Below are positions 24,005 through 34,873 of a DNA stretch of 64,000 bases, one piece after another (within the stretch, counting starts at the first letter, position 1; every line of letters begins with the position of its first letter). Origin of the DNA: Gammaproteobacteria bacterium (GTDB lineage: Bacteria > Pseudomonadota > Gammaproteobacteria > Pseudomonadales > Pseudohongiellaceae); assembly GCA_009692305.1 (NCBI GenBank), contig SHZK01000004.1, positions 128,738 through 192,737 of the forward strand, given 5' to 3'. The position numbers and the translations under genes are program-made. The notes under the pieces were generated by a model that was not told the origin of the DNA, searched no databases, and was given only the letters and a program-made list of their open reading frames with translations.

Positions 24005-26159
24005 CCACGGTAATTACCGCGCCCTCCTTGTCTGCACGATTATCCGCTCGTATCTGACCACCATGGAAATCGCTGATAATACGCGCAATGTGTAATCCGA
24101 TACCGAGGTGCGGTTGCTTTTGTTTTTCCTGTGGACGAACTGAAATCATGGAATCGAACAGTCGGTCCTTCATGGCTTCCGGCAAATAAGGCCCCGCATT
24201 GATTACCTTGATCACTGCGTGATCCCGCAGGGTGTGGCATGAAACCTGTATCGGCTCATTCTTATAGGAAAACTCAATGGCATTGGCCGCCAGCTTGTCC
24301 AACAATTGAGCGATATATTCGGGCACGCCATTCACGAAAGTCGGATAGTCGGGAATGCTGACTTCAAATTTCGTTTCCGGATAGCCCAGTCGGTATCCTT
24401 CCACACTGCCGTTCACTACAGCACCAAGATCAAACTTTTCCTTCTCTGATGTCTGCAGCATTTGCTCGAGCCGTGTGGCCTCGCTCATGTTGGTCAGAAT
24501 CAGGTTTAGCCGATTGATACCTTCTTCCGCTCGCTCGATATACACTGCTGATTCAGCAGTGTGAGCGGTAAGCCCGAGATTTTCGAGAGAAGAGCGAACT
24601 ACCGTCACCGGCGTGCGCAATTCATGGGATAACCGTGATGACATATTTTCCAGATAGTTTGTGTACTGCGTCAACCGATCCACTATATTCGCGAAACTTC
24701 GAGACAAGTCTCCAATCTCATCCGATTTCCTTGATGGTACGATTGTATTGCGAATGCGCCCGGTGTCATCAATGATGCCCTCAGCCTGATTGCGCAAGCC
24801 ACGAATCCGTGAAGATATGCGAGAAGCAAACAAGTACAGTCCCAGCGTCACCATCAGCATCAAGCCCAGGATCGTATTGAACAGTGTCTCCAGGGCCTGA
24901 TTACGAAAGCTGCGCAGTCCATTCATGTTCTGGTCTACGACTACCGCACCCATGATTTCACCATTTGCAAGAATCGGGTGTGCCGCCTCGAGAATTCGAG
25001 TATCAGTGTCAGCCAAGGTTCGAAACTGGGTAAATGCTTCTCCCTGCAATGCCGAGTTGATATGTGCGCCTTCTCTACTGACGCCAGAATAGAGTTCGTC
25101 GATGAAGTCATTGCTGGGCTTCGTGAGAATCTGGTAATAGAGCGGATTGAGTATTCTGTTCTGAATGAACAACCAATATTTGTTTACCCGCTCCTGACTC
25201 ACCGGGGTAGTCAAGATCAAGCCAGTGGCCGACTGGATGTCCCCAACTGTCAGCAAGACGCGACCACTGCGGTCTACTACTTGTATCCGCGAATTATTAT
25301 GACCCATACCGGCAACGATACGGTCAATTTCCGGGGTGGGCAGACGCAGCGATCCCAGATGTTCGGCGTCGGCAAGCTTGTATGTCGCGACGACACTATT
25401 CACATTGCGCGAACCTTCATCGTCCACATCGAAGACTGCGAAGCCAAGCTGGTCTTCCAACATGTCCATCGGAATTTGCAATTCAACTTCGTAGCCCGTT
25501 TCAGTTTCATACCACTGACCGCTGATGCGAACTTCATGCTCGGGATTAGCATAGTTATCGCTGACTCTGAATGGATAGAGATACTCAGGCTCATGGGGAG
25601 CGATAACATAGCGTGAAACTTCTTTGCTATTGCGCGTCAGCATGGAGATTTCGAGAAAGTCACTGCGCGTAACGCTTAATGCATCACGACTGCGATAGAC
25701 CAGCTGATCATCGATCACCTTGAAATAGGCATACAGTGAACCATCGTGTTCACCAACCATCGTACTAAATCCCAGCGAGCTTTCCTGATTGTAGTAGCGC
25801 GAGGGATTGAACCCGGTTCGAATACTGTCTCTGGCCCCGAAATCTACTTCATACTGCTGATATTGGCCCCAATCAACGAGCGAGCCGTCGTCCAGTGAGA
25901 TTGGTGAAAAGATTGGATAGACATACAAATCCTCGCTGCGCCGCGCGGGGCTGTAACTGCCTTCGTCAAATAATTCTGGGCGTTCATTGAGCGCGGTAGC
26001 AAGCGCTTGTGCGATGCCTAGAACAGTCTGTTCCTGGCCACGGCGCAAATACTGCTCCATTTCAAGAATGTAACGGTAGCCCAGCCAGGGAATCACCAGC
26101 AGAAAACTGGAAAGAAATACCAGTTTGAAACGCATCCCGAACGGGTTTTTGAATGCCAT
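23982..26159 (-). CDS. Sensor histidine kinase with a large (~400 aa) periplasmic domain
   Basis: TM1 FKLVFLSSFLLVIPWLGY, a long extracytoplasmic region, TM2 LGLMLMVTLGLYLFA, a HAMP-like segment, the H-box SHELRTPVTVV and an ATPase region (GIGLHIAR). I prefer the start at MAFKNPF (26159), 5 nt after the regulator stop. Confidence 0.85.
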   Translation of the reverse strand: MAFKNPFGMRFKLVFLSSFLLVIPWLGYRYILEMEQYLRRGQEQTVLGIAQALATALNERPELFDEGSYSPARRSEDLYVYPIFSPISLDDGSLVDWGQYQQYEVDFGARDSIRTGFNPSRYYNQESSLGFSTMVGEHDGSLYAYFKVIDDQLVYRSRDALSVTRSDFLEISMLTRNSKEVSRYVIAPHEPEYLYPFRVSDNYANPEHEVRISGQWYETETGYEVELQIPMDMLEDQLGFAVFDVDDEGSRNVNSVVATYKLADAEHLGSLRLPTPEIDRIVAGMGHNNSRIQVVDRSGRVLLTVGDIQSATGLILTTPVSQERVNKYWLFIQNRILNPLYYQILTKPSNDFIDELYSGVSREGAHINSALQGEAFTQFRTLADTDTRILEAAHPILANGEIMGAVVVDQNMNGLRSFRNQALETLFNTILGLMLMVTLGLYLFASRISSRIRGLRNQAEGIIDDTGRIRNTIVPSRKSDEIGDLSRSFANIVDRLTQYTNYLENMSSRLSHELRTPVTVVRSSLENLGLTAHTAESAVYIERAEEGINRLNLILTNMSEATRLEQMLQTSEKEKFDLGAVVNGSVEGYRLGYPETKFEVSIPDYPTFVNGVPEYIAQLLDKLAANAIEFSYKNEPIQVSCHTLRDHAVIKVINAGPYLPEAMKDRLFDSMISVRPQEKQKQPHLGIGLHIARIISDFHGGQIRADNRADKEGAVITVVIPLFYR

Positions 26160-26164
26160 GTTTT

Positions 26165-26869
26165 TTAACTGCTTTCTTGAGTGGTATTCCAGCGATAACC
26201 CATGCCATACACAGTTTCTATGCAATCGAACAAGGCATCAAGTTGCATGAATTTCTTACGGATGCGTTTGATGTGCGATGTAATAGTGCTGCCGTCGACG
26301 AAAATCTTGGACTCTTGCATCAGTACTTGCCGGCTCTTCACGTGCCCGGGAAACTTGGTAAGTGCGTGTACCATCCAGAACTCGGTCACTGTTAGCGGAA
26401 CCGGAAGCTCTTCCCATTGTGCAGTCATACGCCCGATATCAAGCGTAAGTTTTCCGCGCTGCAGAAGATTCTCGGGTGAAGGTGGCTGGTCGATCACATC
26501 GAGACGACGAAACAACGCCGCAATGCGCGCAGTAAGATGGGGCAGGCTAATATCTTTCGTCAGGTAATCATCGGCACCCATGCGCAAGCCACTGACTGTG
26601 TCGAAATCGTTATCACGCGCCGTAAGGAAAATTATTGGTATTGTGTCCGAAAGCGAACGCAGGGACTGACACAGAGTGAAGCCGCCATCAATTTCGTGCT
26701 CCAGACCAATATCGATTATCGCCAGATTTGGCAGGCGCATATCAAAAGCCAACATCGCATCTTTGCGATTGGCATAGGTCTGCACGTCGTATCCCTGCTT
26801 GCGCAATCCATCCGCGTAATTCTCACGAATTGCAGCTTCATCCTCAACGATAGCTATGCGTCGACTCAT
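26165..26869 (-). CDS. OmpR-family response regulator
   Basis: Receiver domain (RIAIVEDE..IIDIGL..) plus a winged-helix output (..VDGSTITSHIKRIRKKF..IETVYGMGYRW). The likely start is MSRRIAIV. Confidence 0.9.
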   Translation of the reverse strand: MSRRIAIVEDEAAIRENYADGLRKQGYDVQTYANRKDAMLAFDMRLPNLAIIDIGLEHEIDGGFTLCQSLRSLSDTIPIIFLTARDNDFDTVSGLRMGADDYLTKDISLPHLTARIAALFRRLDVIDQPPSPENLLQRGKLTLDIGRMTAQWEELPVPLTVTEFWMVHALTKFPGHVKSRQVLMQESKIFVDGSTITSHIKRIRKKFMQLDALFDCIETVYGMGYRWNTTQESS

Positions 26870-27114
26870 TTTGGATTTCTCTAATACTGTGAACAAGTTA
26901 GGGGTGACTATACTCTATTTATCCGCGGAATCAGAGGCATGCCAATAGCTCAAAAGTGAATGACATGATTCTGCCATAATTAATCAGCACCTAGCCCTTT
27001 TCCTCGCGTGTCCCGGCAATAAACTTCGTGTTAAATACAGGCTCAACCAACCACCGGGAGCGATCATGCTCCCCTCGAATTTGATCGATCAGGACCCAGC
27101 AGTGCAGGAGCAGC

Positions 27115-27774
27115 ATGAAAGATCTCAGACTCGTTATCGGTAACAAGAATTATTCTTCCTGGTCACTGTGCCCCTGGTTGCTGCTGAAGATGTTCGATAT
27201 TCAGTTTGAAGAAATTCAGATCGTTCTCTATCAGGACAACACCGCCGAAAAACTCGGCCCTTATTCGCCGTCATTGAAAGTTCCGGTGCTACTGCATCGG
27301 GAAATTACCGTGTGGGATTCGCTGGCAATCTGTGAATACATTTCTGAACAATACCTCAACCACGGTGGCTGGCCAGCAAACCCCAAGCGGCGCGCATCGG
27401 CCCGCTCCATCAGCGCCGAAGTCCATTCTGGCTTCCCGACGCTTAAGCAGGAGTGGCCCATGAACTGCAAAGCGTCTTACAACTTGACCCCCTCACCAAA
27501 ACTGTCCGAGGAAATTGCACGCATTGATGCCATCTGGAGTAGTAGCCGCCGCCGCTTCGGCGAGAACGGCAACTACCTCTATGGCCGCTTCTCCATCGCC
27601 GACTGCATGTATGCCTCAGTGGCAATTAGTTTTAACGCATATGGCGCTGATTTAAGCGAAGAAGCAAATACCTACATGCAAGTTTTACTGGACAACCCCT
27701 TCGTCCAGAAATGGATCGCCCTCGGACGACTCGAGCAAGAGCCTCTCTCTATTGCATACTCAAGCACTGGTTAA
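27115..27774 (+). CDS. Glutathione S-transferase family protein
   Basis: 219 aa. N-terminal thioredoxin-like segment LVIGNKNYSSWSLCPWLLL..VPVLLH..VWDSLAICEYI. Confidence 0.8.
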   Translation: MKDLRLVIGNKNYSSWSLCPWLLLKMFDIQFEEIQIVLYQDNTAEKLGPYSPSLKVPVLLHREITVWDSLAICEYISEQYLNHGGWPANPKRRASARSISAEVHSGFPTLKQEWPMNCKASYNLTPSPKLSEEIARIDAIWSSSRRRFGENGNYLYGRFSIADCMYASVAISFNAYGADLSEEANTYMQVLLDNPFVQKWIALGRLEQEPLSIAYSSTG

Positions 27775-27843
27775 ATCTTCGAAGTCAAAGTAAGCTTACG
27801 AGAGCAAAGTAAGACCAGTCGTGCATCTTTCCGCCCGACTCGC

Positions 27844-28138
27844 AGGTGATCATCTCCTCGCGACGCTACGCGTCTGATTGCTCGGTGACGATCACCTCCG
27901 ATCCGGGCTGTCATCGAAGTTGAATTCTCAACCCGCATCGCAATTGCGCAGGCACTCGGGTGGTATTGGGGTTCGCTGCAATCAAAGACCAGCGCCGAAG
28001 GAGCGAAAAAGACCGTAGTTCAGGGCTTTTTCGTGAGGGAGGGCAGCGCTGGGTTTAAAACGGGGAGCGGCGCGGTCTGCAGCGGAACCACAATACCACC
28101 CCGGTGCCGATCGAAGGAGAACTGCTTCCGATCGAAGG
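27844..28138. repeat. Nested imperfect inverted repeats plus a 21-bp tandem repeat in a 480-bp non-coding spacer
   Basis: IR1 is aggtgatcatc (27844-54) paired with gacgatcacct (27887-97), enclosing the hairpin gacgc-tac-gcgtc. IR2 is cactcgggtggtattggggttcgctgca (27953-80) paired with tgcagcggaaccacaataccaccccggtg (28078-106), with inner hairpins. A tandem ccgatcgaagg occurs at 28107 and 28128. No ORF of 60 aa or more. Confidence 0.7.
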
Positions 28139-28257
28139 GAACCCTATTCAAAGCCAACTCAATAAAAGCCAATCAAGAAACATTCCGCTATTAATTAACT
28201 CCCGTGGTTGTCGATAAACTATAACAAGCCCACTACTTCGAAGTAATAAACAGAAAA

Positions 28258-28797
28258 GTGTCCGCCACCGAAGTCATCAAATTCTGGTTCGATGAAATTG
28301 AACCCAAGCAGCTATTCGCGAAAGACAGCGTGTTCGATGCGTTGATTCGTTCACGCTTTGGCGGCTTGCATGAGCGGGCGCGCGAAGGGCGGCTTTACAC
28401 CTGGCGCGAACATCCACTGGATGCACTGGCGGAAATAATTCTGCTCGATCAATTTTCCAGAAATATGTTCAGAGATTCAGCGCAGGCGTTCGCCTATGAT
28501 ACGCTGGCTCTGGTATTGGCGCAGGAAGCCGTGCGACGCAAGCTGGACTCAGAACTGGACAGCCGCAAGAAAGCATTTCTGTATATGCCATTCATGCACA
28601 GTGAATCACTGGAGATCCATGAGATCGCGCTATATTTATTCGGCCAGCCAGGCCTGGAAGATAACTTCAACTTTGAAGTGAGGCACAAGGAAATTATTGC
28701 CCGCTTCGGTCGGTATCCACATCGCAATGCGGTGCTGGGACGCGAGTCGACGCCAGAAGAACTGGAATTTCTCGCACGCCCGGGTTCGTCGTTCTAG
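28258..28797 (+). CDS. DUF924 family protein
   Basis: VIKFWFDEIEPKQLFAKDSVFDALIRSRFG..ILLDQFSRNMFR..RFGRYPHRNAVLGRESTPEE is typical of DUF924. GTG start. Confidence 0.8.
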   Translation: MSATEVIKFWFDEIEPKQLFAKDSVFDALIRSRFGGLHERAREGRLYTWREHPLDALAEIILLDQFSRNMFRDSAQAFAYDTLALVLAQEAVRRKLDSELDSRKKAFLYMPFMHSESLEIHEIALYLFGQPGLEDNFNFEVRHKEIIARFGRYPHRNAVLGRESTPEELEFLARPGSSF

Positions 28798-28812
28798 ATT
28801 TACCCTATCGGT

Positions 28813-29877
28813 TTAGCGCGCCGCCAGAACTGGCCGCAACTTATCAGCCATTTCCAGAATGGCTTTCTCAGTCGTTTCCCAATCCATACAAGCGTCGGTG
28901 ACGGAGACACCATATTTCAATTTCGAGAGATCCTGCGGAATCGATTGATTGCCGGCATTAATATTACTTTCCAGCATGACACCGATAATGGATTTGTTGC
29001 CTTCAAGAATCTGGTGCGTAACGTCTTTCAGTACCAGCGGTTGCATATTAGGGTCCTTGCTGGAATTGGCGTGACTGCAATCGATCATGATATTGGTGCT
29101 GACGCCACCTTTCCGCAGGGCTTGCTCACATTGTGCCACGTGCACGGAATCAAAATTGGGGCCGTTGCTACCGCCGCGCAATACAACGTGCGCGTAGGGA
29201 TTGCCCTTGGTCGTAACAACTGACACCTGGCCCTGTTCATTGATTCCAAGAAAGCGATGCGGATTTGACACCGACTGCATGGCATTGACGGCGACCATCA
29301 AACCACCATCTGTGCCATTCTTGAAACCAATCGCCGAGGACAATCCGGAAGACATTTCGCGATGGGTTTGCGACTCAGTAGTGCGCGCACCGATTGCCGA
29401 CCAGGCGATAACATCCTGCAAGTACTGTGGCGAAATTGGGTCAAGCGCTTCGGTTGATGTAGGCAGGCCCAGCTCGGCGATATCAATCAGCAGCTTGCGC
29501 CCTTTGCGCAAGCCATCTTCGATTTTAAACGAATCATCCAAATATGGGTCATTGATCAGGCCTTTCCAGCCGATTGAAGTGCGCGGTTTCTCGAAATACA
29601 CACGCATCACCAGATACAAGGTATCTGCAACTTTTGCGGCCAGTGCCTGCAGGCGCCGCGCATAATCTAGCGCCGCGTCAACGTCATGAATGGAGCAGGG
29701 GCCAACCACGATAAACAAACGTGAATCCTTGCGGTCCAGAATGGAAAAGATTGCCTGCCGCGCTTTCTGCACCGAGGTCGCTGCGGTGCCCAGCAGCTTT
29801 ATTTCGGATTTCAACCGATCAGGCGTAATCAGCGCTTCGTTCGAGGCAATATTGAGATTTTCTGTTGCTGCCGACAT
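28813..29877 (-). CDS. 3-deoxy-7-phosphoheptulonate (DAHP) synthase, class I
   Basis: LFIVVGPCSIHD, KPRTSIGWKGLINDP, IDCSHANS. About 355 aa from MSAATENL. The isozyme specificity (Phe/Tyr/Trp) cannot be read from the sequence. Confidence 0.9.
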   Translation of the reverse strand: MSAATENLNIASNEALITPDRLKSEIKLLGTAATSVQKARQAIFSILDRKDSRLFIVVGPCSIHDVDAALDYARRLQALAAKVADTLYLVMRVYFEKPRTSIGWKGLINDPYLDDSFKIEDGLRKGRKLLIDIAELGLPTSTEALDPISPQYLQDVIAWSAIGARTTESQTHREMSSGLSSAIGFKNGTDGGLMVAVNAMQSVSNPHRFLGINEQGQVSVVTTKGNPYAHVVLRGGSNGPNFDSVHVAQCEQALRKGGVSTNIMIDCSHANSSKDPNMQPLVLKDVTHQILEGNKSIIGVMLESNINAGNQSIPQDLSKLKYGVSVTDACMDWETTEKAILEMADKLRPVLAAR

Positions 29878-29926
29878 GGCTTTGGTCCTTTGATCCATTT
29901 GTCTATTTGATTGCCGATCTAACCGA

Positions 29927-29961
29927 CTAACTGTCTAACTGTTTAATTGTCTAACTGTTTA
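29927..29961. repeat. Direct repeats (tgtctaactgttta x2, with a ctaactgt core x3) in the DAHP-synthase/carboxypeptidase divergent region
   Basis: Read directly: ctaactgt at 29927, 29935 and 29951. The 14-mer occurs at 29932-45 and 29948-61. Confidence 0.8.
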
Positions 29962-30056
29962 TTAAACCTGAAAATTTTGGGCCGGCAATCATAGCAAATA
30001 CTGGTCAGCAAAGTCATACTAGCTTGCAAGTATTTCAGATTTACTCAGGAGCGCTT

Positions 30057-31190
30057 GTGTTTATTAGCCAAAATTTCGACGCCGGTAACATCGAAGTCAT
30101 TGCTTGTTCCACCCCCGCAGACATTCAACTACGCATTCGCAAAGACTCTAACTCAGATTTTTATCAATGGTTTTATTTCAGGCTTACCGGAGCGAAAGCC
30201 CAGCGCTGCACGCTCAAAATCTTGAATGCAGCGGATGCCGCTTACCCGTCTGGATTTGAAAATTATCGTGTCGTCTATTCCTATGATAGAAAGCAGTGGT
30301 CGCGACATCCAACTGCGTTGAACGCTGGCGTGCTCAGTTTCGACTTCACCCCGGAACTGGATGCAGTGTATTTCGCCTATTTCGCTCCGTATTCCATGGA
30401 GCAACACCATGACCTGATTGCCGGAAGCCTGCTGTCATCCCGTTGCTCGCATCATCTGCTCGGCGCGACGCTCGATGGTCAGGATATGGATTTGCTAAAG
30501 ATTTCACTTCCGGGAGCTTCCACACCGAGGAAGAATTGTTGGATGATTGCACGACAACACCCTGGTGAATCGATGGCGCAGTGGTGGATGGAAGGCTGTC
30601 TCGAAGCTCTGCTTGATGAAAGCAATGCAAAGACCAGGGCGTTGCTTGAAAACTGTAATGTCTATTTAGTGCCAAATATGAATCCCGATGGCAGTCGTCG
30701 CGGTAATTTACGCACCAATGCGGCCGGTCGCAATCTGAATCGGGAGTGGGCTGATCCCAGTATGCAGGCAAGCCCGGAAGTTTTTGGGGTGAAAGCAGCC
30801 ATGGCGAAAATTGGGGTTGATTTTCTGCTGGATGTACACGGCGATGAATCGTTGCCCTATTGTTTTATCGCCGGCACTGAAGGCCTGTTGGATTGGACCG
30901 ACGCGCAGCAGGCTGCTCTGGATTTTTACTGTCGCACACTGGCGGCGCTAAGTCCGGATTTCCAGACTGAGCACGGTTATCCGGTGAAAACGCGGGGCGG
31001 TGCCAATCTGACCATGAGCACAGCACAGATTGCGTCTACCTATCGCTGCCTGGCCATGACCCTGGAAATGCCATTCAAAGATACGACGGCGACAGCAGAC
31101 GCAATATTTGGCTGGTCACCCGAGCGCAGCAAACGACTGGCACATTCCTGTCTGGATGCTCTACAACTCTATCTGCAACGTTCGTTCTGA
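30057..31190 (+). CDS. M14-family zinc carboxypeptidase, cytosolic-carboxypeptidase-like (M14D) architecture
   Basis: N-terminal beta-sandwich-like FISQNFDAGNIEV..DFYQWFYFRL, then zinc motif RQHPGESMAQWWMEG and ..DVHGDE. No signal peptide. AGGAG lies 5 nt before GTG 30057; the ORF-track TTG start at 30024 is less likely. Confidence 0.75.
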   Translation: MFISQNFDAGNIEVIACSTPADIQLRIRKDSNSDFYQWFYFRLTGAKAQRCTLKILNAADAAYPSGFENYRVVYSYDRKQWSRHPTALNAGVLSFDFTPELDAVYFAYFAPYSMEQHHDLIAGSLLSSRCSHHLLGATLDGQDMDLLKISLPGASTPRKNCWMIARQHPGESMAQWWMEGCLEALLDESNAKTRALLENCNVYLVPNMNPDGSRRGNLRTNAAGRNLNREWADPSMQASPEVFGVKAAMAKIGVDFLLDVHGDESLPYCFIAGTEGLLDWTDAQQAALDFYCRTLAALSPDFQTEHGYPVKTRGGANLTMSTAQIASTYRCLAMTLEMPFKDTTATADAIFGWSPERSKRLAHSCLDALQLYLQRSF

Positions 31191-31215
31191 AAGTTCTGAA
31201 AGACGCGCAATTTTG

Positions 31216-33099
<1,884 letters not shown>

Positions 33100-33466
33100 T
33101 CAGAATTCCTGTAGATCCGGCCAACACACCGGTGAAAGGTCGCGATGGAAATAATTCGTGTGGATCGTGAATTAGTAGCAATGGGTGTCGATAAAACTAA
33201 TGGCTAAAACCAGAGTCAGCATTATGCCCCACACACTTCGAAATGATAACAGGCGAAGTGCGCGACCAGCAGTGTAACGATATGGCCTTGAATAACGTCT
33301 CAAGACAACATGGCGCATGCAAGCAGCAACCCGTCTGATTCAATTGTCACTTTTGGTTACACTGTGTAGAATGCCGGCTTGCTTGAAAGCCGCCGGAATT
33401 AAACCGGGGTCGCCCGCCTTGGCAACCACTATTCACGATACTTAAATTCCACACAGGTCACACATT

Positions 33467-34867
33467 ATGGGACGTTTAGCGAAATTATTTGGAATTGTTG
33501 TACTGGGTAACCTGAGTCTTTCGGCGAGCTATGCCGATGATCTTTACGAAATTCTGCAACTGGCTCTGGACAACGATCCCAGTCTGCGCCAGGCAGAAGC
33601 CAGCTATCGAGCAAACCGGGAGAGCGTGATTCAGAGCCGCGCGAGTTTATTGCCCTCTTTTGGTATTGGCGGCTCGACCACACGACTGACCAGCGGACCC
33701 ACTGATTCAGTCTACGTCAACGTCACTGATCCGGTAACCGGCGCTACCACACGTGTGCGCCGGCTGAATGACCACGACTTCAGCCCCGGTATTAATAACC
33801 ACGGCTGGGGCATGAACCTGAACCAGAGCCTGTTGAACCTGGCCGCCTGGTATAGCTTTCAAAGCGCCCAGGCCAGTGACAAGGCCGCTGCCGTCAATCT
33901 CGCCGCACAGGAGCAAGACCTGATCATGCGTGTGGCTTCCGCCTACTTCGATGTATTGCGCGCCTTGGATACGCTGGAAACCAACGAGCAGGAAGAAGAA
34001 GCGGCGTTGCGCTCACTTGACCAGACGCAGCAGCGCGAAGAAGTCGGACTGGTGACCATTACCGACGTGTATGACAGCCAGGCTGCCTACGATCTGGCCC
34101 GCAATACTACGATTCTGCAACGGGACATCTTGCAGTCGCGCTATGAGGCGCTGGAGGCAATTACTGGTCAACCACATCCAAATGTGAATTTGCTGCGCGA
34201 AGACTTTCCAATCGTGTCCGCTGAAGGCGAGTTGAACGAATGGGAAACCCAGGCCGATTCCAACAGCCTCGCTATCGCCTTCGCCGAATTCAATCTCGAA
34301 GCCTCACGCCAGAACCTGAAGGCTCGCAAGTCTGAGCATCTGCCTACCGTGGCATTGGCCGGCAACTTTGGCCACAGCGTCACTGCACCTATTGTGAGCC
34401 AGGGTATTCAGATTGGCGGCGGCGCCAGTGATCGTACCTCACTGGCCGTGAGCTTCAGCATCCCGCTCTATAGTGGTGGTGCGACCAGTTCGCGCCGTCG
34501 TGCGGCCGAATACAATACTATAGCTGCAAAGGAATCACTGGAACTGACCAAACGCCAACTCACCCAGAATGTGCGTAATGCCTATCGCCGTGTGAATACC
34601 GACGTGCTCGTGATCGCACAGCGGCAGCAATCCATTACTTCCGCACAGAGCGCTCTCGATGCCACGGAGCTTGGTGCCGAGGTTGGTTCACGCAATATCG
34701 TTGAAGTGTTGCGCGCCCGTGAAAATCTGTTCCGGGCCCTGCGTCAGTACGCCGATGCTCGTTACAACTATGTCATCGACAGCCTGATCCTGAAGCAAGT
34801 CACTGGCATCCTCACGCCACAAGACATCATCGAGTTGAATAACTGGCTGCTCGCTGAAAATCAGTAA
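33467..34867 (+). CDS. tolC: TolC-family outer-membrane channel
   Basis: Signal peptide, then DLYEILQLALDNDPSLRQAEASYRA. Two repeat halves with coiled-coil segments, 466 aa. Confidence 0.85.
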   Translation: MGRLAKLFGIVVLGNLSLSASYADDLYEILQLALDNDPSLRQAEASYRANRESVIQSRASLLPSFGIGGSTTRLTSGPTDSVYVNVTDPVTGATTRVRRLNDHDFSPGINNHGWGMNLNQSLLNLAAWYSFQSAQASDKAAAVNLAAQEQDLIMRVASAYFDVLRALDTLETNEQEEEAALRSLDQTQQREEVGLVTITDVYDSQAAYDLARNTTILQRDILQSRYEALEAITGQPHPNVNLLREDFPIVSAEGELNEWETQADSNSLAIAFAEFNLEASRQNLKARKSEHLPTVALAGNFGHSVTAPIVSQGIQIGGGASDRTSLAVSFSIPLYSGGATSSRRRAAEYNTIAAKESLELTKRQLTQNVRNAYRRVNTDVLVIAQRQQSITSAQSALDATELGAEVGSRNIVEVLRARENLFRALRQYADARYNYVIDSLILKQVTGILTPQDIIELNNWLLAENQ

Positions 34868-34873
34868 CACGTT

